From assembly GCA_963702095.1 (NCBI GenBank), contig OY969706.1:1312001-1376000 (forward strand): a DNA stretch of 64,000 nt, read 5' to 3'. How positions within the stretch are numbered: the first letter of the stretch is position 1; the number at the start of each line of letters is the position of its first letter. Source of the DNA: Candidatus Bathyarchaeota archaeon (GTDB lineage: Archaea; Thermoproteota; Bathyarchaeia; Bathyarchaeales; Bathycorpusculaceae). Shown piece after piece: positions 31,000-41,131 of the stretch. Under the pieces are notes generated by a model. The model did no database searches, had not been told where the DNA came from, and saw only the letters and a program-made list of their open reading frames with translations. Both the position numbers and the translations under genes were made by a program.

Positions 31000-32283
31000 T
31001 TAGGGGTAGAATCGTCTTGTGGTTCTTGGGAACGGTATGGCGTCGATGATGTTGTCTAAGTCAAGCATCCATACCAGCAGCCGCTCCACCCCCATGCCGA
31101 AGCCCACATGCGGCACCGACCCGTAGCGTCTTAGGTCTATGTACCACTCGTAGTCTTCCGGTTTTAAGCCCTGCTCTTTCATGCGGGCGATGAGGATGTC
31201 TTTGTTGTCTTCTCTTGAGCCGCCAGTGCTGATTTCACCTATGCGGGGCACCATCATGTCAACCGACATTGCGACTTCGGGGTGTTCTTTGTAGGTTTTA
31301 CAGTAGAAGGCTTTAATCGCGGTTGGGTAATCGTAGACAAAGAAAGGCTTGCCGAAGTCTTCCGCCAAAACTTTTTCGTCTTCATAGCCGAGGTCCGCTC
31401 CCCAATCCAATGCGGGGTTTTTGGGTTTGAGGCGTTCGATGGCTTCTTTGTAGGTTATGCGTGGAAAGGGTGCTTTGACGGCTTTTAGTTTCTCTATGTC
31501 TGCGCCGAGTTCTTTGAATTCCATCACGCATCGGGCGGCAACGGTTTGGCAGATGTACTCCATTAAGCCCTCTTCGAATCTCATAAGGTCGCCCATATCC
31601 GCAAATGCCCATTCGCCCTCCATATGCCAGTACTCAGTTAAATGCCGAATTGTGCGGCTCTTCTCAGCCCGGAAAGACGGAGCAATACAGTAGACTTTTT
31701 CAAGTGAGAACATGAGGATTTCAAGGTAGAGTTGGCTGCTCTGGGTTAAGTATAGTTCTTGGTCAAAGTATTTCAGCGCAAACAGTGTGCTGCCGCCTTC
31801 AACCGCCGCAGAAATAAACATCGGCGGAGAAACTTCGATGAACGCCTGTTGTTCAAAGTATTCACGGGCAGCCTGCAAGGTTTCTGCGCGTACCTTCATA
31901 ACAAGGTTCATTTTTCGGCTACGCAGCCAAAGATGACGCATATCACGGATAAATTCCTCGCTTTTATCCTTGCTGATGGGGAAATTCTCGGCTAAGCCTA
32001 CGATTTTTAGGTTTTCTGCGCTGACTTCGAAACCGCCGGGTGCCCTTGTGTCAGCGTGGACGGTGCCTTCTAGAGACAGCGAGGATTCGATTGTGAGTTT
32101 CCCAGCTTCGCTCCAGCACGGATTGTCTTTTTTTATTGTGGATTGGATTACGCCTGTGGAGTCGCGGATTAGGATGAAGATGAGTGATTTGCCTTCACGT
32201 TTGCGGTAGACCCAGCCGCGAACGGTTGCTTTTTGGTCTGTGCATTTGCCTGCCAATATTTCGCTTATTTTTACGAGCGTCAT
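31000..32283 (-). CDS. asnS: Asparagine--tRNA ligase
   Basis: OB-fold, YLTQSSQLYLE, FRAEKSRTIRHLTEYW, PHVGFGMGVER. Confidence 0.9.
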   Translation of the reverse strand: MTLVKISEILAGKCTDQKATVRGWVYRKREGKSLIFILIRDSTGVIQSTIKKDNPCWSEAGKLTIESSLSLEGTVHADTRAPGGFEVSAENLKIVGLAENFPISKDKSEEFIRDMRHLWLRSRKMNLVMKVRAETLQAAREYFEQQAFIEVSPPMFISAAVEGGSTLFALKYFDQELYLTQSSQLYLEILMFSLEKVYCIAPSFRAEKSRTIRHLTEYWHMEGEWAFADMGDLMRFEEGLMEYICQTVAARCVMEFKELGADIEKLKAVKAPFPRITYKEAIERLKPKNPALDWGADLGYEDEKVLAEDFGKPFFVYDYPTAIKAFYCKTYKEHPEVAMSVDMMVPRIGEISTGGSREDNKDILIARMKEQGLKPEDYEWYIDLRRYGSVPHVGFGMGVERLLVWMLDLDNIIDAIPFPRTTRRFYP

Positions 32284-32359
32284 CGCGGATCAACTGTTTG
32301 CAGTATATCTTGTTTCCGAACCTAAATGCATATCGATTAGGACCGCTGCAGATTTGCCG

Positions 32360-33601
32360 CTAAAGCTCTCTTATCTTTGGCTCAGATACCCGCCAAAACA
32401 CAAAGAGGGAGAGCGGAATCATAGCAGAAGCAAACAGCAGAAAAGGCAAAGACGGTGACACATACACATAGACAAAACCCACAACAAGCTGCAGAGCCGC
32501 CTGCATCAAAAACATGAAAAATTGCATGCACCCCGTAACGGTTCCACGCAAGTTCCGCGGCACCAAATCGCCCATGAGAACTAGGTAGCTGTTTAGCTGC
32601 AGCAAGTTACCTAAACCAAAGAAGAAGAAGGCAAGCAGCAGCATGTTGAAATCAGCATTGACAAATATAACCATGCCAGGTATAAACAGCAGATAGCCCA
32701 AAATCAAAAAGCGTTTTCTACCCAGCCTATCCATGCTGAAACCTGCAATAATTGCGGGTAAGGCGATGCTGAGGTAGCGGAAAGCCATAACCAGTGCCCA
32801 CTGTTCCAAGGTGACATTTAGGATTTCGGTGGCGTAGACGACAAAGTAGGTTTGGCAACTAACTACTAACCCATTGACGAGGATGACTGAGAGAAAAAGG
32901 TTAAACGCCGATTTTGGAACTTTGCGCCACACGAATATGCCTTCTTTGACGGCTTGGGGGTACTCACGTAGTATGCTGCGCAAAGAGGGCTTCTGAGCGG
33001 CGGTTGGGGGCAGGGTTTCTTTGAGTCTAAGGCGCAGTACTGCGATAGTGAAGTAGGCTATGGCGGTTAAGGTATAGGCGATACGCATGCCTAAATCAAA
33101 GTTGAAAGTGAAAACAAGGTACTGGGCGATCAGGGGTGCGGGCAGCAAAACAAGGGTGGTGATGACTGATTGGAAGCTAAAGCCTGCGCCGCGATTCTCA
33201 GGCGGGAGCGAGTCCATGACCATAGCCATCAAGGCGGGACCATAGATTGAGCAGATGTTTTGGATAAGCAATCCTATGAGTATGAAGGGCCATGATGGCG
33301 CCAAAATAAAGAACAAGCTGCCAATTGTCATCCCAAAGGTCATAGAGACAATGAGCCATCTCCTACCATGTTTGTCAGCTAAGTAGCCACCGGGAAACTG
33401 AACCAGTGCAACGGCTATGGACCCCGCAAAACCCATAACGGAGAGGAGCAGTTGGCTGGCGCCCAGATTCAGATAGAAGAGGCTGGCGTAGGTTTCTGGG
33501 ATAGGCATCGCAGAAAACATGATAACCCAGCTGATGGTTATGAGTAGGAAGTTGCCCCGTAGAACCGCTTGGTCTCCCCTGAAAAGCGCCCTTAACCCCA
33601 T
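32360..33601 (-). CDS. MFS transporter
   Basis: GYLADKHGRR, DRLGRK; about 12 TM helices. Confidence 0.9.
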   Translation of the reverse strand: MGLRALFRGDQAVLRGNFLLITISWVIMFSAMPIPETYASLFYLNLGASQLLLSVMGFAGSIAVALVQFPGGYLADKHGRRWLIVSMTFGMTIGSLFFILAPSWPFILIGLLIQNICSIYGPALMAMVMDSLPPENRGAGFSFQSVITTLVLLPAPLIAQYLVFTFNFDLGMRIAYTLTAIAYFTIAVLRLRLKETLPPTAAQKPSLRSILREYPQAVKEGIFVWRKVPKSAFNLFLSVILVNGLVVSCQTYFVVYATEILNVTLEQWALVMAFRYLSIALPAIIAGFSMDRLGRKRFLILGYLLFIPGMVIFVNADFNMLLLAFFFFGLGNLLQLNSYLVLMGDLVPRNLRGTVTGCMQFFMFLMQAALQLVVGFVYVYVSPSLPFLLFASAMIPLSLFVFWRVSEPKIREL

Positions 33602-33729
33602 TGCAGATAAACTCAGGGCAGAATTATTTAAACAGAGTTTGTACAGAGCGGTTTCTGTGACATTGGATTATCTTTTTATCCCACAATTCTTAAATCGCCC
33701 CTGCAATGAGGTAAAGTAGACTAACGAAG

Positions 33730-35100
33730 ATGGCAAGCAAAACCGAAGGGCAATCTAAGCTTAAAGCATTAGGAATTTCAGCCGTAGCAATCTTTAGCGT
33801 TGTAATAGTTGAAGTCACCATTGGCTCAATCGTTAACAGTTTAGCCATCATCAGCGACGGCTTACATGCCCTGCTAGACGCGCTTTCATGTGTTATGCTG
33901 TTTTTTGCTGTCCGCGCCTCAATGAAGCCCCCAGACGAAGAGCACACGTATGGGCATGAGAAATTCGAAACCATAGGCGGCCTCTTAGGAGGTGTAGTGT
34001 TGATTGGGGTGGCGCTTTTAATCTTCTATGAAGCAGCGCTCCGACTGTTCTCTGGCGCTCAAATTGCCGGAGACTTTGAGTACGTCGGTTTCATCGCCAT
34101 CGCCTACGCGCTTTCTATTGCAGCCCTAAGAGTCACAGTATTTCGTCAAGCTGAGCATATGGAAAGTCAATCGATGAAAGCTGGACTCTACGATGCCATC
34201 GCCGACTTAAGCTCCACTTTGATTGCATTGCTGGGTTTTGGCTTAGCACTTTTAGGCATCAGCTATGCTGACTCTGTTGCATCCATCTTTTTGGGGGCAA
34301 TGCTGACCTATTTGAGTATTAAATTGGTCAAAAGCAGCGTGCTTGAGTTAAGCGACACCGCCTCAAAGGAAACTGTGGCTAAGGCTCGAAAGGCAATTTC
34401 CGCCTGTGAGGGCGTTGTGAAAATGGAGACCTTGAAGGTTCGCAAAGTCGGCTCCAAAGTGTTTATCGATGCCTCGGTTCAAGTCCCAAACGCACTGAGC
34501 TTAGAAGATGCCCACGCTCTGTCATCAAAAATCGAGAACTGCCTAAAAGACGCCTTGGGCAATGTTGATGCAACAATCCATGTAGAACCCTCAGACATAG
34601 AAGAAAAAATGAAAAACTTAGTCCAGAAGTTGGCAACCGTCGACGGCGTCAAAGAAGTGCATGAAATCTCTCCCAACTATGTTGGAGGCAAACTCTACAT
34701 AACTCTGCATGCGTACGCTGACCCAGATATATCGGTTGAAGAAGCTCACCGACTCGCTGATCTTATCGAACGCAGAGTGTACGCTGGAATTAAGCCGCTT
34801 GAAAACGTCACGGTTCACATTGAACCGGCAGGCGTCGCCATTCCTCTTGATCAAGAAAACGAGGCTGAGCTTCAAAGAATCGTCTATCAAGCAGCTGAAG
34901 CCGTCCGCCTGAAACTGCAAATCAGAAGAATCGTTACCTACGCGGCAAGCGGGAAACGATATATCAACATTGACTGCTGCTTCACCAAGCAAGTACCCAT
35001 CAAAGAAGCTCATCGCATGGCTTCCCAGTTGGAGAAGGAAGTTAAGGAGCGGTGTGCCAGCGCGGTCGTCACAGTACACATTGAACCTTTCTGCCAATAA
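33730..35100 (+). CDS. Cation diffusion facilitator with three C-terminal ZT-dimer domains
   Basis: SLAIISDGLH, PPDEEHTYGHEKFE; three AH...H(V/I)EP units. Confidence 0.92.
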   Translation: MASKTEGQSKLKALGISAVAIFSVVIVEVTIGSIVNSLAIISDGLHALLDALSCVMLFFAVRASMKPPDEEHTYGHEKFETIGGLLGGVVLIGVALLIFYEAALRLFSGAQIAGDFEYVGFIAIAYALSIAALRVTVFRQAEHMESQSMKAGLYDAIADLSSTLIALLGFGLALLGISYADSVASIFLGAMLTYLSIKLVKSSVLELSDTASKETVAKARKAISACEGVVKMETLKVRKVGSKVFIDASVQVPNALSLEDAHALSSKIENCLKDALGNVDATIHVEPSDIEEKMKNLVQKLATVDGVKEVHEISPNYVGGKLYITLHAYADPDISVEEAHRLADLIERRVYAGIKPLENVTVHIEPAGVAIPLDQENEAELQRIVYQAAEAVRLKLQIRRIVTYAASGKRYINIDCCFTKQVPIKEAHRMASQLEKEVKERCASAVVTVHIEPFCQ

Positions 35101-35111
35101 GGCGCCCAAAA

Positions 35112-35408
35112 TTAGAGTTTCATGATTTGTGCGTGGGGAACGCCTTCTATTTTGAGCACTGCGTCCGGATGTACATATCCCTCCGCGATAGCCTTCCCAA
35201 CGCACATTTCACCCACCAGATTCACGATGGTTGAGTTGCCGATTAACCCGATGGCTTCCTCAACAGTGGCTTTTCGGCCCTTGTAGAACTCGTCTTTTAT
35301 GTGGAAAACAATTTTGCCTTCACGTAGCGTCTTCCCTAACAAGTCGCAGTCGCATACCGCTAAGACAACGTTTCCGCCAACTTTTTTGACGTTAAGGTAA
35401 ACATCCAA
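35112..35408 (-). CDS. DUF424 family protein
   Basis: LAVCDCDLLGK...EFYKG...TIVNLVG...GVPHAQ. Confidence 0.85.
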   Translation of the reverse strand: MDVYLNVKKVGGNVVLAVCDCDLLGKTLREGKIVFHIKDEFYKGRKATVEEAIGLIGNSTIVNLVGEMCVGKAIAEGYVHPDAVLKIEGVPHAQIMKL

Positions 35409-35420
35409 AGCCGGATTCGC

Positions 35421-35831
35421 CTATAACTGTTTAACTGAAGACCGCGCGCCGCAAGCATTACAAACCAAAAACGTGAGGCGTTTTTCCTTCAGGATTTTTG
35501 TATCTGGACGCTTACATACTGGGCATATAACATAGCTTTCCTGGTACCTTTGCAGTAGGCGTTCAAAACTGTCCGTTCGAAATTTGCCTTGGAATATGGC
35601 GCGGGACTCATGGAATGTCGCTGCAGTTGCCATTTCGCGAGTCAAAAACTTCAGCAGATGCTGAGGATCGCGGTCGAGGGCGTCAGCAATTTCTTTAAAG
35701 TTAGAGATTACTGTGCGCATGCCGACGGTTTGAAGCATGATTCGGGGCATTTCCAAGCGCTCTTTTTTTGTTGAAACCTCGGGCATTTGCTCGCAGGCAC
35801 GTTTAAGCAGATCATCGTAGTTGAAGGTCAT
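35421..35831 (-). CDS. Translation initiation factor aIF-2 beta
   Basis: YDDLLKRA, NFKEIADAL, CPVCKRPDT...CNACGA. Confidence 0.95.
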   Translation of the reverse strand: MTFNYDDLLKRACEQMPEVSTKKERLEMPRIMLQTVGMRTVISNFKEIADALDRDPQHLLKFLTREMATAATFHESRAIFQGKFRTDSFERLLQRYQESYVICPVCKRPDTKILKEKRLTFLVCNACGARSSVKQL

Positions 35832-35981
35832 GTTTCCACTTCACCCAATCAAGGTCACCGCCTATATTTAAAATTACTATGAGCACCATACCCTTATGAT
35901 GGTTTTACACTTATTTTTTAGTAACTCATATAAATTCGAAAGTCACTTCGGTATGCATTATCTCCACTAGAAGGCTAACAT

Positions 35982-36950
35982 TTGACAGAGAAACAAACGC
36001 CCAGTCAAATAACAAACATCAATACCCAGATTGACAAACTCAAGGAGCAATCCCGAGAAGCAAACGCTCAGATAAAAAAATTCGTCGAGAAAAGAGATGA
36101 GCTCCACGAGAAGGTTCGAAAAACCCGCGAGGAAGTCAACCAACTTAAAGTTGAACGGGATGCTCTCAACCAGAAAGTCAAGGAACTAAAGCAGCAACGA
36201 GACGCGATCAGGGTTAATGTTACGCCAATTATGGATGAAGTGAAGGGTATCAACGATAAAATCGAAGGGTTAAAAAAGAATCTGCCAAAAGTTAGCCAAC
36301 GAGAACTCAAAAAGGAACATGACGCTATCGAATGGAAAATCTCCACTACCTCTCTTGACCTCCAAGAAGAAAAACACCTCATAGAACAAGTTAAAGAAAT
36401 CGAAATCCAACTTAGCGGTTACAAAAAAATCGATAATCAACGCAAGAAATTAAAGGACCTCTATGAACACAAAAAAACATTCGATGCACAAGCAGACGTT
36501 TACCATAAGGAATTAACCGATTTAGCCAAGAAAAGCCAAGACCTCCACGCTGTCATGATGGAGAAACTTGATGCTATGAAGAAAGACCGCGCGGAAGCCG
36601 ACGCCCTGCATCAATCGTTTGTTAACGCCAAAGAACAGAACAACGGCGTTTACGAGCAAATCCGACTGTTAATCGCTCAATCCACAGGCATCAGGGCATC
36701 CATGCGCGACCAGTATCAAACTTACCGCAGAGAAGACGAAGCCAGACGTAAAGATTTTGACGAAAAACGTAAACAACAAGACGATAAACGCAAACAGGAA
36801 CAAGCGGAACGTGCAGTCAAAGAAGCCGCGATTAAAGAAAAAATCGGTTCAGAAGCACGCGAAAAACTAAACCGCGGGGAAAAAGTCAACTGGGAAGAAT
36901 TCGCATTGATGCTTGGCGACGAAGATGACGAGGCGGAAACGCAAGCTTAA
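35982..36950 (+). CDS. Archaeal coiled-coil protein (COG1340-like)
   Basis: Heptad repeats, IEWKISTTSLDLQEEK, KLNRGEK. Confidence 0.8.
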   Translation: MTEKQTPSQITNINTQIDKLKEQSREANAQIKKFVEKRDELHEKVRKTREEVNQLKVERDALNQKVKELKQQRDAIRVNVTPIMDEVKGINDKIEGLKKNLPKVSQRELKKEHDAIEWKISTTSLDLQEEKHLIEQVKEIEIQLSGYKKIDNQRKKLKDLYEHKKTFDAQADVYHKELTDLAKKSQDLHAVMMEKLDAMKKDRAEADALHQSFVNAKEQNNGVYEQIRLLIAQSTGIRASMRDQYQTYRREDEARRKDFDEKRKQQDDKRKQEQAERAVKEAAIKEKIGSEAREKLNRGEKVNWEEFALMLGDEDDEAETQA

Positions 36951-36985
36951 AGTGATGTTGCTGCAATATTGAGATAGCGATTTCG

Positions 36986-38218
36986 ATGGCTAAACGGGAA
37001 ACGCAACAGCAGACGCAAAAGCGTATCCTCATTTTATGTGTTGACAGAGATGGCGATCTCGAGACTAAAGCAGCCATTAAAACGCCGCTTCTGGGCAGAA
37101 CCGCCAACCTAGACGGCGCAGTCGCCCTTGCACTAAAAGATCCCGAGGAACCCGACGCCAACGCCATGTTCGAAGCCGTCCGACTCTACGACCGCTTACA
37201 CGACGAGAAGACACCTGATGAAGTCTTTGAAGTCGCCACTGTATCAGGCACCGACATAGGTGGTGTAAGCGCCGACCGAAAACTCGTGGCGGAACTAAAC
37301 AGCCTCCAAGAATCGTTTGGTGCCAACGAAGTGATCTTGGTCAGCGACGGCTACTCTGACGAAGCCGTTTTGCCGCTGGTTGAGTCCCGTGTACCTGTCT
37401 CATCCGTGCGCCGCATCGTCATCAAACACAGTGAATCCATCGAGGAAACCGCTGCGGTCTTCACCAAATATGTCCGCCTCTTGGTGGATAATCCCCGATA
37501 TGCCCGCGTGGCATTGGGATTACCTGGTATATTGGTGCTTATCTTCGGTGTTCTTTGGGGCATCAACTACTTCATTCCGGGCGCCATATTCTGGTACGGC
37601 ATCGCAATCCTCATTGTGATTGGCGGGTTTCTGCTGCTTAAAGGCTTCGGCGTAGACCGCGCCACCAAAAACTTTTATCATTGGGCAAGAGACTATGATC
37701 CGCCAGCTCTCCCAATCCAAATATCCAACTATACCATCATCGCAGGTATTCTCTGCATTGCTGTGAGTGTTTATTTGGGTGTAGCAAACGTTATAAAAAA
37801 CGTGCCTTCACCGGTGGATGTAGCCGGCTGGTTAAGTGCCGCGCCCAGAATCGCCACCTTCTTCATCAAAGGCCTCGACGTCTTACTCATAGTAGGCATA
37901 TGCATCGTTCTGTTAGGCAGAAGTGTACGCCTCTACTTCGAAAGAGATTCTCGCTTGCTCCGCAACGTCGCCTTGATCGTATCGGTTGTGTGGGCTCTTT
38001 GGATACTAGAGGGAACCGCAAACATCATCTACAGTATCTTTAACCCCGCAAACGCTGGAGTACCAGTTGTAGGCTTCGAGAACCCAGACTTCGCCAACTT
38101 CATATTTACCATAGTGGTCGGTATCTTAATCGGCATAGCTTCGGTGTTACTAATTCACATCGTTAACCGTTCAACCAAGGGCTTCTTTAAGAGAGAAGAA
38201 AAAACTGAGGAACTCTAA
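36986..38218 (+). CDS. DUF373 family membrane protein
   Basis: LILCVDRDGD, DPEEPDANA, VSDGYSDE. Confidence 0.88.
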   Translation: MAKRETQQQTQKRILILCVDRDGDLETKAAIKTPLLGRTANLDGAVALALKDPEEPDANAMFEAVRLYDRLHDEKTPDEVFEVATVSGTDIGGVSADRKLVAELNSLQESFGANEVILVSDGYSDEAVLPLVESRVPVSSVRRIVIKHSESIEETAAVFTKYVRLLVDNPRYARVALGLPGILVLIFGVLWGINYFIPGAIFWYGIAILIVIGGFLLLKGFGVDRATKNFYHWARDYDPPALPIQISNYTIIAGILCIAVSVYLGVANVIKNVPSPVDVAGWLSAAPRIATFFIKGLDVLLIVGICIVLLGRSVRLYFERDSRLLRNVALIVSVVWALWILEGTANIIYSIFNPANAGVPVVGFENPDFANFIFTIVVGILIGIASVLLIHIVNRSTKGFFKREEKTEEL

Positions 38219-38314
38219 CCCGTCTTGGGTTCGGAACTTAGGTGAGTAAGCTTTAATTGAAACCCCAAAGGTTAACCTCTACAATAGACGTCGTGCATAT
38301 GCGAGGACCATTCA

Positions 38315-39109
38315 ATGCTTGAGAAAATGCTTTCTTTTATCGGCGCTTACAGGCTTTATGAGAAATGGCTGTGGCAGCAGGTTAAGAACGGCGTAAAACC
38401 AGAGCATATCGCCATAATCTTAGACGGCAACAGAAGATGGGCAAACCAGCAGGAAACGCATCCGTTTTTGATGGGCGATAAATGGGGTCACAGCGACGGC
38501 GCCGACACGGTTGAGCAACTGCTGGATTGGTGCCACCTACTCGACGTGAAATACGTGACGCTCTACACTTTCTCAACAGAGAACTTTTCTAGGCACTCTG
38601 ATGAAGTTACCAAAATTATGCAGATTGCTGAGGAGCGGTTCCATAAACTCTTAAAAGACGAACGCATTCACCGAGACAAAATCCATGTTAAAGTCATAGG
38701 CAGAGTAAACCTCTTGCCGCAGAGCCTCCAAGACGTGATTGCGGAGCTTGAAGCGGCAACTGCAACCTATGACTGTTACTTCTGGAACTTTGCCTTCGCT
38801 TATGGCGGCAGAGCAGAAATAGTGGACGCCGCAAAAACCATCGCTAAAAAAGTACAGAACAAAGAAATAGAAATCGACGACATCACAGAGAGCACCTTTG
38901 AAAAATACCTCTACACATCACACATGAACAAGGACCCGGACATGATCATTCGCACCTCAGGCGAAGAACGCCTCAGCGGCTTTCTACTCTGGCAAGCAGC
39001 TTACAGTGAACTGCTGTTTTTAGACGTGTATTGGCCTGACTTCCGCCTAATCGACCTGCTAAGGGCAATCAGGGTTTTCCAGCATCGTAAACGCCGATTC
39101 GGCGCATAA
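38315..39109 (+). CDS. uppS: cis-Prenyltransferase (polyprenyl diphosphate synthase)
   Basis: HIAIILDGNRRW, FSTENF, IRTSGEERLSGFLLWQ, RRFG. Confidence 0.95.
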   Translation: MLEKMLSFIGAYRLYEKWLWQQVKNGVKPEHIAIILDGNRRWANQQETHPFLMGDKWGHSDGADTVEQLLDWCHLLDVKYVTLYTFSTENFSRHSDEVTKIMQIAEERFHKLLKDERIHRDKIHVKVIGRVNLLPQSLQDVIAELEAATATYDCYFWNFAFAYGGRAEIVDAAKTIAKKVQNKEIEIDDITESTFEKYLYTSHMNKDPDMIIRTSGEERLSGFLLWQAAYSELLFLDVYWPDFRLIDLLRAIRVFQHRKRRFGA

Positions 39110-39113
39110 ACAA

Positions 39114-39300
39114 TTTTTCTTTCTTTATGTGGGTGTGGCGGTTTACGGGGTGCCACAAGACGGCTTGGGAAAAGTTGCATTCAACCATTGCAACGTTTTT
39201 TGGCGTCTGTTTTGGTGTAGAATACGTATTTTTCTCCACACCCTGTACATGGCTCTATGCAGGGGCAAGCCAGTGTGGATGTGAAAGCATGTATCTTTTG
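39114..39300 (+). repeat. Dispersed repeat family A, copy 4
   Basis: TTTATGTGGGTGTGGCGGTTTA...GATGTGAAAGCATGTATC right after the uppS stop. Confidence 0.93.
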
Positions 39301-39478
39301 CTTTTTCTACGAGAATTATCGAGAAAGCAATGAACACCTAACGAGACCATCGCAAAGAATCTTCGAGAGGAGGATTGTGATTGTTGGTTACATGATACAG
39401 CCACAAAGCAGTTTATAGTCCATCTACCGATTCTTAGACTGGCTATCCAACCTTTTTTGTTCATAGAGGAAAACCGCA

Positions 39479-39706
39479 ATGAACACTTTTCTAGATTCAG
39501 TTCCTGATAAAATCAAAATCTCTTTCTTTGAGTATCAGCGTAAGGAATGGGAGAAAGTCCTTGAAACATCAGCCGAAGGTCAAAACAGTGAAAACCAGCC
39601 GGAGAGCCAACTGCACTGGGAAAACATCAGCAACTACGCACAGGCGCGAATAGAAGAAATTGATAGGCAACTGCAGCAACTAAAACTCAACATTGCACCA
39701 CGCTAA
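39479..39706 (+). CDS. Small hypothetical protein
   Basis: 75-aa helical-looking ORF with ATG after GAGG. Confidence 0.6.
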   Translation: MNTFLDSVPDKIKISFFEYQRKEWEKVLETSAEGQNSENQPESQLHWENISNYAQARIEEIDRQLQQLKLNIAPR

Positions 39707-39741
39707 ACCATACCTCACCCATACGTTGCCTGAAGCATTAG

Positions 39742-40374
39742 CTAACTATTTTTTTTAGCAATACATATGAAATAGTTTTGGTCGTCCCTTTCGAAGGTAA
39801 CTGTTAATCCGTTTTCCTCCATGATTTGTTTGAGGTTTTTCATGCTGGGTAAGAAGTCGTTGCTGATTTCTACGCCCCCGTTTAGGTGGACTCCGTTGAT
39901 TTTTTTTGCTGAGTCTGAATGCGCCACGGCTAAGCGTCCACCCCGCTTTAGCGCCTTTGATAATATTTTGATGGCAGAGGGCTTATCGATGAAATGGGGA
40001 AAACAGGAATAGCACACTACCAAGTCGAATTCTTGGTCGTATTTTAGGTTGTAAACATCGGCGACCAAAAATTTGGTTTTCGGATGCTTCTTTTGTGGGT
40101 ATTTTGAGCGGGCTTCTTGGATCATTTTTTCGGAATAATCTATTGCAACGACACTTCCATTCGTCAGGTACTTTTCGTAGAATGGTATCATGACTCCGGT
40201 GCCGGTGCCGATGTCTAGTATCTTGTCGCCGCCTTGGATTTTTAGCAACTCGGTGATGTATTGCACTTTTTTGGGGTCATGAATTGTGATTTGGTCCCAC
40301 ACTTTGGCTTTTTCGTTGAAGAAGTCTTTTTGTTTCGGATTTATTTTTGCTGAACTTATTTGGTTTGCCTCCAT
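39742..40374 (-). CDS. Class I SAM-dependent methyltransferase
   Basis: ILDIGTGTG, IDYSEKM, FDLVVCYSCFPHF. Confidence 0.9.
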   Translation of the reverse strand: MEANQISSAKINPKQKDFFNEKAKVWDQITIHDPKKVQYITELLKIQGGDKILDIGTGTGVMIPFYEKYLTNGSVVAIDYSEKMIQEARSKYPQKKHPKTKFLVADVYNLKYDQEFDLVVCYSCFPHFIDKPSAIKILSKALKRGGRLAVAHSDSAKKINGVHLNGGVEISNDFLPSMKNLKQIMEENGLTVTFERDDQNYFICIAKKNS

Positions 40375-40375
40375 T

Positions 40376-41131
40376 TTATAGGGGAATTACTACGGGTATA
40401 CCTCGCACGTTCTCTACGTAGGCGTCGATGTTGTATACTGCTTTTATGTTTTCAGGGGTAATGACCTCATGGTCTCCGACTGCGTAAACCATCCCTTTTT
40501 TCATGAGGATGAATTTGTCTGAGTGACGGATAGCTAAGTTGAGGTCATGAATAACCATGATTGCCGCCATATGGTTCTTTTTAACGATGTTTCGGATTAA
40601 GTGCATGATCATGTGTTGGTTGGAGAGGTCAAGGTTGCTTGTGGGCTCGTCAAGCAGAATTATTCGGGGTTGTTGAACCAGCACTCTGGCTATTTGTACC
40701 AACTGGTATTCGCCCCCGCTTATCTCATCAACATATTTTAGTGATAGTTCATCCAAACCCAGCAGATGAAGGACCCTTCCAACTAACCGCACGTCTTTTT
40801 GGGTGATATCCCAATCAAAATGCGGCCGCCTACCCAACAACACAGAATCAAACACCGTAGACTTGGAGGTCTCGCTTCTTTGCGCCACGTACCCAATATT
40901 TTTGGCGATGTCCCTTTTGCTCATCTGGTGAAGGTTCACCCCCTCCATGCACACTGCGCCAGCGTTTGGAGTGAGTACCTTGCTTATGCACTTGATCAGG
41001 GTGGTCTTTCCGACGCCGTTGGGTCCCAAGATGGCGAGTACGTCGTCTTTCTCTACGTTAAAGGAGACGCCGTTTAAGACGCGCTTGCTATGGTAGGAGA
41101 AGCAGATGCCGTCTACGGTTAAGAACGTCAT
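40376..41131 (-). CDS. FecE/BtuD-type ABC ATPase
   Basis: GPNGVGKTT, ISGGEYQ, DEPTSNLD, HDLNLA. Confidence 0.92.
   Translation of the reverse strand: MTFLTVDGICFSYHSKRVLNGVSFNVEKDDVLAILGPNGVGKTTLIKCISKVLTPNAGAVCMEGVNLHQMSKRDIAKNIGYVAQRSETSKSTVFDSVLLGRRPHFDWDITQKDVRLVGRVLHLLGLDELSLKYVDEISGGEYQLVQIARVLVQQPRIILLDEPTSNLDLSNQHMIMHLIRNIVKKNHMAAIMVIHDLNLAIRHSDKFILMKKGMVYAVGDHEVITPENIKAVYNIDAYVENVRGIPVVIPL

Noticed and set aside
15577-39333. MWVWRF-starting ORFs (15577-15819, 30733-30981, 39127-39333) as a small protein family
   Set aside because: They are readings of repeat A. The frame shifts within copy 4, copy 1 lacks the ATG and this reading, and the stops fall outside the conserved element.
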